Source of the DNA: a virus
Strand: one strand, 5' to 3'
Length of the DNA stretch: 64,000 bases
Virus record (IMG/VR): IMGVR_UViG_3300025704_002294
Location: 1-64,000 of that record
Positions 10,223 through 20,614 of the stretch are shown here, in pieces. Every line of letters begins with the position of its first letter. Position 1 is the first letter of the stretch. A program made the position numbers and the translations under genes. The notes beneath the pieces are model-generated. The model was not told the DNA's origin, did no database searches, and saw only the letters and a program-made list of their open reading frames with translations.

Positions 10223-10684
10223 ATGGCAACTTGGTATAACGAGGTAGTATCTGATTTAAGCAAAATGGTTGATGCCATTGCTTACTATGAGAACGAACTA
10301 GAAGACGCCAAGTATGAATGCAGAATAAAGGGAAGCCTGGAAAAAGCCAGTGCTTCTCTTCCCGGTATTACAGAGTTTCGCTTCAATCAACTACAAGAGA
10401 TTGAAGCAATTCTCGAACATTTAAATATAGAATTGCGTAAAGAAAGATCAAAAACTTTTCGTAAATTTCTAGAATCTTATAATAGGCAACTCTCTAGTAG
10501 AGACGCAGAAAAGTTCGTAGATAGTGAACAAAGTGTTATAGATTTAACACATCTTACAAATCAGTTTTCTCTTTTGCGTAATAAATACCTAGGCATTATG
10601 AAAGGATTAGATACAAAGCAATGGCAAATAGGACACATAACAAGATTGAGAACAGCGGGAATGGAAGACATAATGATAGGGTAA
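10223..10684 (+). CDS. uvsY: Recombination mediator UvsY
   Basis: Helical ~150 aa protein with KGLDTKQWQIGHITRLRTAG C-terminus; follows uvsX. Confidence 0.8.
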   Translation: MATWYNEVVSDLSKMVDAIAYYENELEDAKYECRIKGSLEKASASLPGITEFRFNQLQEIEAILEHLNIELRKERSKTFRKFLESYNRQLSSRDAEKFVDSEQSVIDLTHLTNQFSLLRNKYLGIMKGLDTKQWQIGHITRLRTAGMEDIMIG

Positions 10685-11841
10685 CATTCTTTTACAGACT
10701 CAATAAGTGTGAAGAACGTAGCCGTAGGAACTTTGAAAATTTTACTGAAACCCTAACCTCAGATTTACAACAATACTGCAAAGAGAATCCTCGCAGAGAT
10801 AATATACATGTATATTTTGAATACACTCAAGAAGGGACCTTATGGGTAGTAGACAATAAATGGTTTGCTGATGCAATACATAATTTTGCAAACAAGTATA
10901 ATATACCCTTATCTAATATTACATATCATGGCGGAGCCGCAACATTAGAAAAGTCATACAACACATGGCACTCTATATACAGACCAAACGAAGATAAAAT
11001 AAAACTAAGACATACTGATTTTGGACTTTGGCTATATGAAAAAAATAATGTGTATTTTGATATTTTAAAATTTCCAAAAGAAACACATACTAATTTAAGA
11101 ACAAAAAAGTTTAATTGTCTGAATGCTAATTTAAACATACAGCACAGGATAGCATTCCTGCACTATATGTGGAAGAACAACTTATTAGATACAGAAAACA
11201 ATCTTATAAGTTTCCATTATTTTCAAGGTATGCATTATCCAATAGAAGAACAATACCCTATTCCACAAGAACTAAAAGATATCCTACCTATCCAATTTGA
11301 TCTAAAAGGAAATTGGGAACAGGTATATAAAAAAATATTTGACAGCAAACACGACCCAAGTGTATTAACAGATTGGAATAAAACAGGAGATTACAGTTAC
11401 ATATATGATGATTGTTACTTTACTGTAACTACAGAAAGTGGCGAATGTGTGCACCTTTGTAACGAATTCTGTGAAGATGGATTAGATGACTACTTTAGGC
11501 GTTTTCATAATGAAATATTTATTACTGAAAAAACAACAAGGCCCATGCTTTATTTACATCCTCAAATTTTATATTCTAGCTCAGGAACATTAGAGTATTT
11601 AAAAAGTTGGGGGTTTAAAACATTTAGTAATTATTGGAATGAAGATTACGATAATGAAACAAATGGAAACAAAAAACTTCAAATGATAATGGACGTTGTA
11701 AGAGAACTTAACAATAAACCATTAGAGGAGTTACATGAGATGTATTGGGATATGATGCCAATACTTAAACACAACCAAAAGATACTGATTAACACCGACA
11801 TAGAAAAGTATGAAAATAATGTTTTTCCGCTTGACTTATAG
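10621..11841 (+). CDS. Putative glycosyltransferase-like protein (FITEK family); start uncertain
   Basis: FNCLN, HR, VTTES, FITEKT.RP and GFKTF..YWNEDYD motifs are shared with 41796..43253. Confidence 0.5.
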   Translation: MANRTHNKIENSGNGRHNDRVTFFYRLNKCEERSRRNFENFTETLTSDLQQYCKENPRRDNIHVYFEYTQEGTLWVVDNKWFADAIHNFANKYNIPLSNITYHGGAATLEKSYNTWHSIYRPNEDKIKLRHTDFGLWLYEKNNVYFDILKFPKETHTNLRTKKFNCLNANLNIQHRIAFLHYMWKNNLLDTENNLISFHYFQGMHYPIEEQYPIPQELKDILPIQFDLKGNWEQVYKKIFDSKHDPSVLTDWNKTGDYSYIYDDCYFTVTTESGECVHLCNEFCEDGLDDYFRRFHNEIFITEKTTRPMLYLHPQILYSSSGTLEYLKSWGFKTFSNYWNEDYDNETNGNKKLQMIMDVVRELNNKPLEELHEMYWDMMPILKHNQKILINTDIEKYENNVFPLDL

Positions 11842-11858
11842 TGAAAAGAATGTATAAT
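11831..11858 (+). promoter_or_regulatory. Sigma70-type promoter of the TonB receptor gene
   Basis: TTGACT-16-TATAAT, with GGAG SD before ATG 11881. Confidence 0.55.
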
Positions 11859-11880
11859 ATTATTTTAAATTGGAGATAAA

Positions 11881-13881
11881 ATGAATTTTGAAGAATTTTT
11901 TTACAAACACATATTAAAGATTGCAATTATATTATCTTTACCGCTTTTTACTGCATGGGCATTTGCAGATGATATAGAAGAAATTGTTGTGACAGCACAA
12001 CAAGAAAAAACAATTAAAGCAAACCCAATTACAAGCAGTAGAATTATAAGTGCAATACTTCCAGGATTTACTTATAATGCAGGTGGTTATGGAGGATTTA
12101 TTGGATTTGCAGAACGTGGAGCACAAACAAACCATACATCTGTATTCGTAAATGGAATACCAGCAAATGACCCAGGAGCAGGATGGTATGACTTTGGTCA
12201 TGATATGGCTAACGGACAAACAGTAAAAGTTATTACTGGTTCTAATAGTGTGCTATATGGTTCAGGCAGTATGGCAGGAACAGTATTAATACAAGATACT
12301 ATTGAACATGGTATTACAGTTAGAACTGAAGATGCTGACCCTACATATATAAGAATTGCTCCAACAGATTTTATAGAATTTTCTACATTTGATGACAGTA
12401 TGGGTAGTGTAAGAAACGATAACGAAGAAATAGATAATTATAAAAACAGGACAGCAAGATTAAATGTTGACGTAGGCGACTTTACTATTGTAGGTAAGTT
12501 TACTGAATACGAATACGACTATGATAATTGTTATGATTATGATTTTGGGCAAAGCAATGACTGTTTACAAGACGGCGAAAGATACAACATAGCAATTAGG
12601 AATGACTTTATGACTATAGGTCGTAACTATAATAATGCAGACTATTTCACGGTTGAAGACCCAACCTATTCAAATGAGAGTTTTAGAGACTTTGCAAGAT
12701 TTGGTAGCAATTTAGATCTTAGTAATAAAATAAATGTTGCATTTGGTGTTGATATGGAGAAGATCTATTACAACACTATCAGTTGGCAAAATATTGAAGG
12801 ATCTACAGTTGTAGAAACAGAAAACACAGAACCAGGCATATGGTATGCTGAAGACGATACAAACAAAAGTAGACCAATGTGGACAGGTATCTATATAGGC
12901 ACAGGCGAATTTACTAGTGAAACAGTAGGCAACGGTGTGTATACTCTTACTGAAATAGAAGAAAAATACACAGACGAAAATGCTGGACTATACTTTTCTG
13001 CTAATGCTAAATTTATATTAGATTATAACTTTGGTATAAGAGTAGGAAACGATGATCAAAATGCTCTTAGACTTGGTATAAGTAAAGGCGAATGGTTTGT
13101 AAATATCGGCAATAGTTTTAGAAGGCCAAACTTATATGAACTTAATGGTGACGGTTATGTTGAAGGAAATGCTGAATTAATGCCAGAAGAAGCAGTTGGC
13201 ATAGAAATAGGCTATGGTGCTATTAGTGTTTATAGATACGATTTCCAAGAAGCAATAGAATATATTCCTGGATATAACACAGATATTAATACTACATCTA
13301 CTGTATTAGATAGTGACAAAACCTTAAATTTAATAGGAGCAAATCCTGAAGCACCAGATCCAACTTATGTATCTTGTGTGTTAAATCCGAATTGGAACGA
13401 TAACGACGAAGCAACATTTGATCTTCCTGGATGTATATATAAAAATGTAACTACTACAACATCAATATGGAATTCACCAACATACATCAACACAGGAGCC
13501 TATGTAACACAAGGTTTAAGGTATAGTAATAACTTTGGTCCAATGTTTGTAAGTTTAAAATACACAGACACAGAACAAACAAGAATACCTAAATATATTG
13601 GAGTATTACAATTTACTCATGCATTTAATAATGGCGTAAATGTAAGGTTAAAGTATGCAGTCCAGTTAGATAGAGCACCCGGACAATATGATGTATTAAT
13701 GGAAGGTCAAGAATTTTTAGAAGACCTGCAAAAAGTAGACTTATATATAACTAAAGTATTTGAAAATGGTATAACATTGTCATTCAAAGGAGAAAACCTC
13801 ACAGACGAAGTTGTTGAAGTTGTTCCAATGTATAATACACAAGGAACAGAATATTACTTGACACTTGGGTATAAATGGTAG
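11881..13881 (+). CDS. TonB-dependent outer membrane receptor (BtuB-like)
   Basis: Signal peptide ending AWAFA, TonB box IEEIVVTAQ, plug motifs (RG...VFVNGIP, GSNSVLYGSGSMAGTV), FRRPNLYEL, ENLTDE and C-terminal YYLTLGYKW. Confidence 0.9.
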   Translation: MNFEEFFYKHILKIAIILSLPLFTAWAFADDIEEIVVTAQQEKTIKANPITSSRIISAILPGFTYNAGGYGGFIGFAERGAQTNHTSVFVNGIPANDPGAGWYDFGHDMANGQTVKVITGSNSVLYGSGSMAGTVLIQDTIEHGITVRTEDADPTYIRIAPTDFIEFSTFDDSMGSVRNDNEEIDNYKNRTARLNVDVGDFTIVGKFTEYEYDYDNCYDYDFGQSNDCLQDGERYNIAIRNDFMTIGRNYNNADYFTVEDPTYSNESFRDFARFGSNLDLSNKINVAFGVDMEKIYYNTISWQNIEGSTVVETENTEPGIWYAEDDTNKSRPMWTGIYIGTGEFTSETVGNGVYTLTEIEEKYTDENAGLYFSANAKFILDYNFGIRVGNDDQNALRLGISKGEWFVNIGNSFRRPNLYELNGDGYVEGNAELMPEEAVGIEIGYGAISVYRYDFQEAIEYIPGYNTDINTTSTVLDSDKTLNLIGANPEAPDPTYVSCVLNPNWNDNDEATFDLPGCIYKNVTTTTSIWNSPTYINTGAYVTQGLRYSNNFGPMFVSLKYTDTEQTRIPKYIGVLQFTHAFNNGVNVRLKYAVQLDRAPGQYDVLMEGQEFLEDLQKVDLYITKVFENGITLSFKGENLTDEVVEVVPMYNTQGTEYYLTLGYKW

Positions 13882-13887
13882 TATAAT
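13858..13887 (+). promoter_or_regulatory. Sigma70-type promoter
   Basis: TTGACA-18-TATAAT overlapping the TBDR 3' end; ATGs at 13888 and 13894. Confidence 0.55.
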
Positions 13888-14076
13888 ATGAAAATGGATT
13901 GGCTACAATGTTGTTTATGTGATGAAGTTATGGAAGACTTTATGATATCACACAACCCTCAACCACTTTCAGACAACCCAGCAGATAGATGTTGTGCAAA
14001 ATGTAACATGGACAAAGTTATTCCTGCTAGACTGGCACCCGATAACAATATTCAGAGAACCCAACCGCATGAATAA
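13888..14076 (+). CDS. Small Zn-finger protein
   Basis: CCLC...HNPQP...CCAKCN...VIPAR pattern. Confidence 0.6.
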   Translation: MKMDWLQCCLCDEVMEDFMISHNPQPLSDNPADRCCAKCNMDKVIPARLAPDNNIQRTQPHE

Positions 14077-15526
14077 ATGTGTATTAGAAATTAGAGACGA
14101 AGTTAATGTTAGGTTTGTTGGACTTGATGTTAAAACTAGGCGTAAAATTTCAGATGAAGTAAAATACTTTTTGCCGTATGCATATCATATGCCTGCTTAT
14201 AAATTAGGAAGATGGGACGGTTGTATTAGATTTTGTGACATTGGCGGTAGAACATATTTTCATTTACTAGAAAGACTTTTACCTATAGTTGCAAATGATG
14301 GATATGATATAGAAGTAAAAGATTTGCGTAAATCTTGGAATTTTAATTTTAACAAAGTAGAACAGACCGATTATGAGCATATTGCTTGGCCTCCAAGACA
14401 TCCTGTTGCAGGAACTCCAATTATTTTAAGAGACTATCAAGTAGATGTTATTAATAAATTTTTAGAAAATCCTCAATGCCTACAAGAAGTGGCCACAGGT
14501 GCTGGTAAAACATTAGTAACAGCAGTTTTAAGTCATAAATGTGAACCATATGGTAGAACTATTGTAATTGTTCCTAACAAAGATTTAGTAGTGCAAACAG
14601 AAAAAGATTATAAAAACTTAGGTTTAGATGTAGGTGTATTTTTTGGAGATAGAAAAGAATATAACAAAACACACACTATTTGCACATGGCAAAGTCTAAG
14701 TATATTAGAGAAGAAAACAAAAGCACACGAAGCCGAATTTCCAATAGAAGAATTCTTAGATGGTGTAGTATGTATTATGGTCGACGAAGTGCATAAAGCA
14801 AAAGCAGATGTATTAAGAAATTTATTAGGTGGTGTGTTTGCTAGTGTTCCAATTCGTTGGGGTTTAACAGGAACTATTCCCAAAGACGATCACGAAGCAG
14901 TTAGCACATTCTGTAGTTTAGGACCTGTAGTTGGAAATCTTAGCAGTAAAGAATTACAAGATATAGGTGTATTAGCAGATTTAGATGTAAATATTTTTCA
15001 ATTGCAAGATGGCGTATTAGGATTTAATAGTTATGCACAAGAATTAAAATGGCTCCTTACTGATAATAAACGCATTGATCACATCAGTGAGATTATAAAA
15101 GGTTTAGCAACAAGTGGTAATACACTTGTATTGATAGACAGAATTAAAACAGGCGAGATGCTAATAGAAAGAAACGACGATTGGGTATTTGTAAGTGGTA
15201 AAATGAAAACCACAGATAGACAAGACGAATATGCAGAAATTAGTGAGATGGACAATAAAGTTATTGTTGCAACATATGGTGTTGCCGCTGTTGGTATTAA
15301 CATACCTAGGATATTTAACCTTGTTATGTTAGAGCCAGGAAAGAGTTTTGTTCGTGTAATACAAAGTATCGGAAGAGGTATTCGTAAAGCAGAGGACAAA
15401 GATTATGTGCAAGTGGTTGACATCACGAGCAATTTAAAGTATAGTAAAAGACACCTTACAAAAAGAAAGCAGTTCTATAAAGAACAGAACTTTAGACATA
15501 AGGTAACAAAGGTTGAATATAAATGA
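14069..15526 (+). CDS. uvsW: SF2 DNA helicase UvsW (start revised to ATG 14069)
   Basis: LRDYQ Q-motif, ATGAGKT, DEVH, GLTGT and QSIGRGIR. Confidence 0.92.
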   Translation: MNKCVLEIRDEVNVRFVGLDVKTRRKISDEVKYFLPYAYHMPAYKLGRWDGCIRFCDIGGRTYFHLLERLLPIVANDGYDIEVKDLRKSWNFNFNKVEQTDYEHIAWPPRHPVAGTPIILRDYQVDVINKFLENPQCLQEVATGAGKTLVTAVLSHKCEPYGRTIVIVPNKDLVVQTEKDYKNLGLDVGVFFGDRKEYNKTHTICTWQSLSILEKKTKAHEAEFPIEEFLDGVVCIMVDEVHKAKADVLRNLLGGVFASVPIRWGLTGTIPKDDHEAVSTFCSLGPVVGNLSSKELQDIGVLADLDVNIFQLQDGVLGFNSYAQELKWLLTDNKRIDHISEIIKGLATSGNTLVLIDRIKTGEMLIERNDDWVFVSGKMKTTDRQDEYAEISEMDNKVIVATYGVAAVGINIPRIFNLVMLEPGKSFVRVIQSIGRGIRKAEDKDYVQVVDITSNLKYSKRHLTKRKQFYKEQNFRHKVTKVEYK

Positions 15527-16020
15527 AAATATTAACATTAGAGAATTATAGTTACGATATAGATAGTGTTCCAGATGAGATAGATGATATAAGATACTGC
15601 ATTTTTGATGCAGGTGATCCAGAGTATATGGATTACTTCTTTTTACCATTAATCTTTTTGGAAAGTTTTTATGCACCAGCAATATGCTTAGACATAGGCG
15701 GATTTAAAATCCAAATGCCTATGGACTGGAGTATACTTACAAGTGATGAAGATTTTGATGGTATAGAAGTTATGCCACTATCAAGTTTAAACAATAGAGG
15801 TTTTGTAGCACCAGTTTTAAATCCATTAAAAACTTGGATGCCACGAGCGGAGGAAATACAAATTACTAACGTCTATCAAGATGTAAAATGGTATTTTCCA
15901 AAATTAAAGAATGGGCATTTACTAGTAGTTCCATTAGAAGATGGGCATGAACCTAAATGCGTCATGTTTGTAAAAGAAGCAAATAAAATTAAAGATATTG
16001 ATTTTGCTGATATGCTATAG
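15523..16020 (+). CDS. Conserved hypothetical protein, possible degenerate Hint-fold
   Basis: Overlaps the uvsW stop; beta-rich pattern (see findings). Confidence 0.55.
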   Translation: MKILTLENYSYDIDSVPDEIDDIRYCIFDAGDPEYMDYFFLPLIFLESFYAPAICLDIGGFKIQMPMDWSILTSDEDFDGIEVMPLSSLNNRGFVAPVLNPLKTWMPRAEEIQITNVYQDVKWYFPKLKNGHLLVVPLEDGHEPKCVMFVKEANKIKDIDFADML

Positions 16021-16029
16021 GAGGTTATT

Positions 16030-16809
16030 ATGGCAAAAAGAAAATTTAGAATAGAAGGCGGCAGATACGGAGGAGAACTTGTTTTAGGAGAAGTAAATCC
16101 AGCATTTGTCAGTTATTACGCAGAACTAGATGACACCAGTGCGTTAGTTGATGCTGTATTAGAATCCGATCAAGGCGGTTGGGAAGAAGAGGACGAACCT
16201 GCAGATGCATTATTAGATCCTAATACTCCTCCAGGTCCTGCTACAGATGAAGACGATTACTTCAATATGTGGGAAAATGATGGGTTTGAACACATTAATA
16301 GTGCCTACGCAGATGGAGGCTTTACAGTATATGAAGTTCCAGCAGATGGTTCAGATGATTGGTCCTATGATAAAGAAGTATATGAAGGGGAAGCCATTCA
16401 TGTATATGGTAGAGAAGGTGGATACTTTAGCACAGACGATGAGCCAGAAGTAATAAACGAAGAAGATGAAGACGGCAACAAATATGTGCCTGTTTTAATG
16501 TTTCACAGTTGTGAGAAGGGTTCTTTTGGTGCTTGGTTTGTAGACTCAGATGAAGATTTTGATGAGTTTAAACTTGGAATGGGTGTTGTGGAAACAAATT
16601 TAGGTGAATTTGTTGATGCTGTATTTTACGATAAACTAGAATTAGATTGTGATTACGATTATAATGACACAACCGGTAAAAGTTATGATGCTCAGGTTGG
16701 CTGGTTAAATACTAAGTGGCATGACAGTCAAGATCTTATGCATGAAAACTTAGATGAATATCTTGCAGAGTTTGAAGAAAATGCAGAATGGGAAAGAGAA
16801 AATAGATGA
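16030..16809 (+). CDS. Highly acidic hypothetical protein
   Basis: GGAGG SD; D/E-rich; CEKGSF motif. Confidence 0.6.
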   Translation: MAKRKFRIEGGRYGGELVLGEVNPAFVSYYAELDDTSALVDAVLESDQGGWEEEDEPADALLDPNTPPGPATDEDDYFNMWENDGFEHINSAYADGGFTVYEVPADGSDDWSYDKEVYEGEAIHVYGREGGYFSTDDEPEVINEEDEDGNKYVPVLMFHSCEKGSFGAWFVDSDEDFDEFKLGMGVVETNLGEFVDAVFYDKLELDCDYDYNDTTGKSYDAQVGWLNTKWHDSQDLMHENLDEYLAEFEENAEWERENR

Positions 16810-17609
16810 AGCGAATTTTAATTTTTGGCCTACCAGGCTCAGGTAAATCTACTTTAGCAAAAAGACTAGTTGAAATATTAGGTAATGCTGATTGGCACAA
16901 CGCAGACAAAATACGTGAAACATTTAATGATTGGGACTTTTCGCCTGAGGGTAGAGAACGCCAATCATTACGAATGAGAGATTATGTCCGCAAAAGTGTT
17001 GCTAAAGGAAATTATGGTGTAGCAGACTTTGTTTGCCCAACAAATGAACTTCGTGAAAAAAATGTCCCTGAATATGTAATTTGGATGGATACAATTGAAG
17101 AAGGTAGATTTGAAGACACTAATAAAATGTTTGAAAAACCTACAATAGATAGTGTTACAATTAATGCTGTAATTAAAGCAGAAGAGTGGTGGACAGAAGA
17201 AAAATGCGAGGAATGGGCAAGGCTACTTGCAGTTGATATTAAAGATCATGAGTTTCAGCCAAAGCAACCAACTACACAAATGTTAGGGAGATTTCAGCCT
17301 TGGCATGAAGGACATCAAAAGTTGTTTGAAAGAGCATTAGCGAAACATGGACAAGTAGCATTACTTGTTAGAGATATGCCATTAACAGATGACAATCCCT
17401 GGCAAGTAGATAAGATATGTGAAAACATTGAAATAGCATTGGCCGAACATGCTGGTAAATTTAGATGTTATCCTGTGCCTAATATTATGAATATTACTTA
17501 TGGCAGAGGTGTAGGTTATAAGATTGAAGAGGAAGTTCTTGATGAGGAAACGCAAAAAATTAGTGCAACTAAAATCAGAGAACAGATGAGAAAGGATGGA
17601 GAACTATAA
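16806..17609 (+). CDS. APS-kinase-like P-loop kinase fused to a HxGH nucleotidyltransferase
   Basis: GLPGSGKST, NADKIR and DFVCPT; C-terminal GRFQPWHEGH and ISATKIR. Confidence 0.8.
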   Translation: MKRILIFGLPGSGKSTLAKRLVEILGNADWHNADKIRETFNDWDFSPEGRERQSLRMRDYVRKSVAKGNYGVADFVCPTNELREKNVPEYVIWMDTIEEGRFEDTNKMFEKPTIDSVTINAVIKAEEWWTEEKCEEWARLLAVDIKDHEFQPKQPTTQMLGRFQPWHEGHQKLFERALAKHGQVALLVRDMPLTDDNPWQVDKICENIEIALAEHAGKFRCYPVPNIMNITYGRGVGYKIEEEVLDEETQKISATKIREQMRKDGEL

Positions 17610-17850
17610 TCATCCTGCTTATACAAGGTATCCACATTTGAAGGACAAGACAACGCCTCATTATAGCGAATGGAAAAAAATATTTGCTTGGAAGCCATGT
17701 AAGACTATAGGCGGTAAAAAAGTATGGCTTAGAAACATTTATTTAAGAACAATAACAATAGAATGGACTCCACCAATGTTTCCTGCAGGTGCATATCATA
17801 ACAAACAATATGCTACATGGGACGAAATTTTAAATATAAAAATGAGGTAA
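17596..17850 (+). CDS. Hypothetical protein
   Basis: W..IFAWKP.KT..GK.VWL motif; operonic. Confidence 0.55.
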   Translation: MENYNHPAYTRYPHLKDKTTPHYSEWKKIFAWKPCKTIGGKKVWLRNIYLRTITIEWTPPMFPAGAYHNKQYATWDEILNIKMR

Positions 17851-17854
17851 GATA

Positions 17855-18952
17855 ATGTATCAATTTACAAGCGAAAGTGTTTCGCAGGGTCACCCGGATA
17901 AAGTTGCAGATTTAATTTCCGATACTGTAGCAACGTATCTAATTAACGGAAACAAGCAACACAGAGCGGCAGTGGAAACACTAGTCACAACCAATAAAGT
18001 CGTGTTAGCCGGCGAATACAAAAGCGACAGAGGCCTTAATAAAGATAGGATTGCTAACCTTATTAGAGATACTATAAAAAAAATTGGATATGAGCAAGAA
18101 GGCTTTCATTGGGAAACAGTAGAAATACAAAATAATTTGCACGGCCAATCACCTGATATAGCATTAGGCACAGATGAGTTTGGTGCAGGTGATCAGGGCA
18201 TTATGTTTGGATATGCTTGTGAAGAAGCAGGTAATAAATTACCTTATCCACTTTATTACAGTCATGAAATATTAAAAACATTGGAGAGATTAAGAAAAAT
18301 TGATTCCAACTATGATTGGTTAGAACCAGATAGCAAAGCACAATTTACATTTAATTATGGCAGTGATGGAAAGCCAATTAATATTGCTAAAATTGTATGT
18401 AGCACACAACATAAAGAAAAAGTTGATATTGAATTTGTTAGAGACGAAGTTAAAAAAATTATAAAAGATGTTGCAGGAGAATACATAACAACAGATACAG
18501 AATTTTTAATTAATCCAACTGGTAGATTTGTAATTGGTGGTCCAGATGGTGACACAGGGTTAACTGGTCGTAAGATTATTGTAGATACATATGGTGGAGC
18601 ATCTCCACATGGTGGCGGTGCTTTTTCAGGTAAGGATTGCACTAAAGTAGATAGAAGTGCGGCATATATGGCAAGATCTATTGCAAAACAAGTATTACAA
18701 GAAAATCCATATCAAGAAGTATTAGTTCAATTAAGTTATGCAATAGGAATACATGAGCCTACATCAGTAACCATATGGACAGATAAAAAAATAAATTATG
18801 TTGTTGCAGAACATATAAAACAACATGTTGATTTAACACCATTAGGAATAATTAACAAGTTTGATTTATTTAATTTAGATTTAACAAAAACAACAAACTA
18901 TGGACACTTTGGTAAAAAAGGTTTACCATGGGAGGATCATCCATGGATTTAA
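17855..18952 (+). CDS. metK: S-adenosylmethionine synthetase
   Basis: FTSESV..GHPDK, GAGDQG, GGGAFSGKD, KVDRSAAY and YGHFG. Confidence 0.96.
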   Translation: MYQFTSESVSQGHPDKVADLISDTVATYLINGNKQHRAAVETLVTTNKVVLAGEYKSDRGLNKDRIANLIRDTIKKIGYEQEGFHWETVEIQNNLHGQSPDIALGTDEFGAGDQGIMFGYACEEAGNKLPYPLYYSHEILKTLERLRKIDSNYDWLEPDSKAQFTFNYGSDGKPINIAKIVCSTQHKEKVDIEFVRDEVKKIIKDVAGEYITTDTEFLINPTGRFVIGGPDGDTGLTGRKIIVDTYGGASPHGGGAFSGKDCTKVDRSAAYMARSIAKQVLQENPYQEVLVQLSYAIGIHEPTSVTIWTDKKINYVVAEHIKQHVDLTPLGIINKFDLFNLDLTKTTNYGHFGKKGLPWEDHPWI

Positions 18953-19476
18953 AAAAACATATTAGAACTGTTTTAGATCATCCTATTCCAGGAATAGAAT
19001 TTAGAGATATTACATCACTAGTTGAGACACCAGAAGCATTTAATCATACCCTTATACAACTTACAGCAAACTGTATGGATTTTAAAGCAGATGCTATTAT
19101 AGGTGTAGAAAGCAGAGGATTTGTATTTGGTTCTCCTATAGCAAGAGATTTAGAAATTCCTTTTGTAATGGCAAGGAAACCAGGTAAGTTGCCTAATAAA
19201 ACATACAGTAAAGAATTCAAACTAGAATATGGAGAAACAGAATTACACATACAAACAATATCACCTATAAAGGGCAAAGTAGTAGTAATAGATGATTTAA
19301 TTGCAACAGGTGGCACAGCACTTGCCTGTGCAGATTTGATACATGAAAACTTTGGCATACCTAAAGAAGATTTATTGATTTTGGCAGTAATAGACTTGCC
19401 CGATTTAGAAGGAAGTGCTATAATAGAGGATAACGGATATAATGTCCGCACACTAATTGAGTTCGAAGGAGAGTAA
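18943..19476 (+). CDS. apt: Adenine phosphoribosyltransferase (start ATG 18943)
   Basis: PGIEFRDI, ESRGF, RKPGKLP, LEYG and VIDDLIATGGT; GGAGG SD. Confidence 0.93.
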   Translation: MDLKKHIRTVLDHPIPGIEFRDITSLVETPEAFNHTLIQLTANCMDFKADAIIGVESRGFVFGSPIARDLEIPFVMARKPGKLPNKTYSKEFKLEYGETELHIQTISPIKGKVVVIDDLIATGGTALACADLIHENFGIPKEDLLILAVIDLPDLEGSAIIEDNGYNVRTLIEFEGE

Positions 19477-19946
19477 TGGCTAAAAAGGCACCAGCAATAC
19501 CATTGAAAGATATAATGGCGGCTGTCGATAAGAAAGACAGAGGTTTCTACAATCGTCTTACTGCTGAACAAAAAAAGGCATTTAGTGCCTGGATGATGAT
19601 GAGGTATTGTAGTAGTGTGCAAGGCAGAGATGCCGCAAACTACATATATCTTACAAATGAATTAGTAAACTTTCAGTTTATGGAAGTTAGCAAACATCCT
19701 GAACTACAGTGGTTGTTACTTAGTGCATGTGGGGTTGGTAAAATACAATTCCATCCTTACTTAAAACCGCCTAATGCTAAAAAGAAGAAAAATAAAATAT
19801 CAGAATTCTTATATGGTTTATATCCGCATAGCAAACCAGAAGATATAGAATTAATGATTAAGTTAAACAGTAATAATGATTTAAAGGCATTGGCATATGA
19901 CTACGGATACGATGACAAAACAATCAAAGAAATCTTTGGAAAGTAA
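19476..19946 (+). CDS. Probable clamp loader small subunit (gp62-like)
   Basis: WMMMRY.S, N...SKHPELQW.LL and basic KKKK pattern resembling gp62-like proteins. Confidence 0.5.
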   Translation: MAKKAPAIPLKDIMAAVDKKDRGFYNRLTAEQKKAFSAWMMMRYCSSVQGRDAANYIYLTNELVNFQFMEVSKHPELQWLLLSACGVGKIQFHPYLKPPNAKKKKNKISEFLYGLYPHSKPEDIELMIKLNSNNDLKALAYDYGYDDKTIKEIFGK

Positions 19947-20613
19947 TACCTGTAAATGGTGTAACAAAAACTTTATGAGTGAAAGAACTCTGAGTGCTCA
20001 TATGTGTGTAAAGAAAAGAAGATATGCAGACAAAGATTTAACACATACTAGATTGGGTTATAGAGTGTTCCAAATGTTTTATGAAATGAATACTACTGTT
20101 AGTAAACCTAAAACACAAGAAGACTTTATAAAGAGTCAATACTACGAAGGCTTTACAAAATTTGGAAGAAGTTGTATTCGAAATGAATATTTACAACCAG
20201 AGCAGTTTGCAGAATGGTTAATTAAAAATGGCAAGAAATTAGCAGACTGGAGCAAAGATAAAATGTATGACGAGTTTCTTCTATTATATGTTAAGAAAGA
20301 ACCGGGTTTGAAAGCATTAGAACGAACTATAATTTATTTGTCTGAATGGGCAAAAGATAACAATAAGGATTATAGTGAATATTTTAAAGAAGTATCTACA
20401 CCCAGAGCAGTTCACGATATAAGAAGTGCAAAAGTTTCGCCGTGGGTTATGTATTTAAGTAACTCAGGCAATGATCTACTAAGGCGTTTTACTTCTGAGC
20501 AAGTAGAAATGATAAAAGAAATAATAGATTCTAAATTTTGGATGAAAGTATTTTTGGCCAATAAAGAAGAAGTAGCAGAAATTAAAAAAACATGTCAGAT
20601 AGCAGGGATATAA
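19897..20613 (+). CDS. Hypothetical protein with N-terminal C2H2-like Zn finger
   Basis: CKWCNKNF..ERTL.AHMC. Confidence 0.6.
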   Translation: MTTDTMTKQSKKSLESNTCKWCNKNFMSERTLSAHMCVKKRRYADKDLTHTRLGYRVFQMFYEMNTTVSKPKTQEDFIKSQYYEGFTKFGRSCIRNEYLQPEQFAEWLIKNGKKLADWSKDKMYDEFLLLYVKKEPGLKALERTIIYLSEWAKDNNKDYSEYFKEVSTPRAVHDIRSAKVSPWVMYLSNSGNDLLRRFTSEQVEMIKEIIDSKFWMKVFLANKEEVAEIKKTCQIAGI

Positions 20614-20614
20614 T

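Noticed and set aside
10621-10700. Programmed frameshift between uvsY and the downstream ORF (64-nt overlap, no later in-frame ATG nearby)
   Set aside because: No slippery sequence or structure is evident; a long overlap, non-ATG start or single-base error explains it equally well.
11842-11880. Cobalamin riboswitch upstream of the BtuB-like receptor
   Set aside because: The leader is only ~20 nt after the -10 box, leaving no room.
17855-19476. Host chromosomal DNA or prophage boundary at metK/apt (also def/rpmG)
   Set aside because: These genes abut or overlap phage genes, share their composition and expression signals, and lack bacterial operon context; no integrase was seen.
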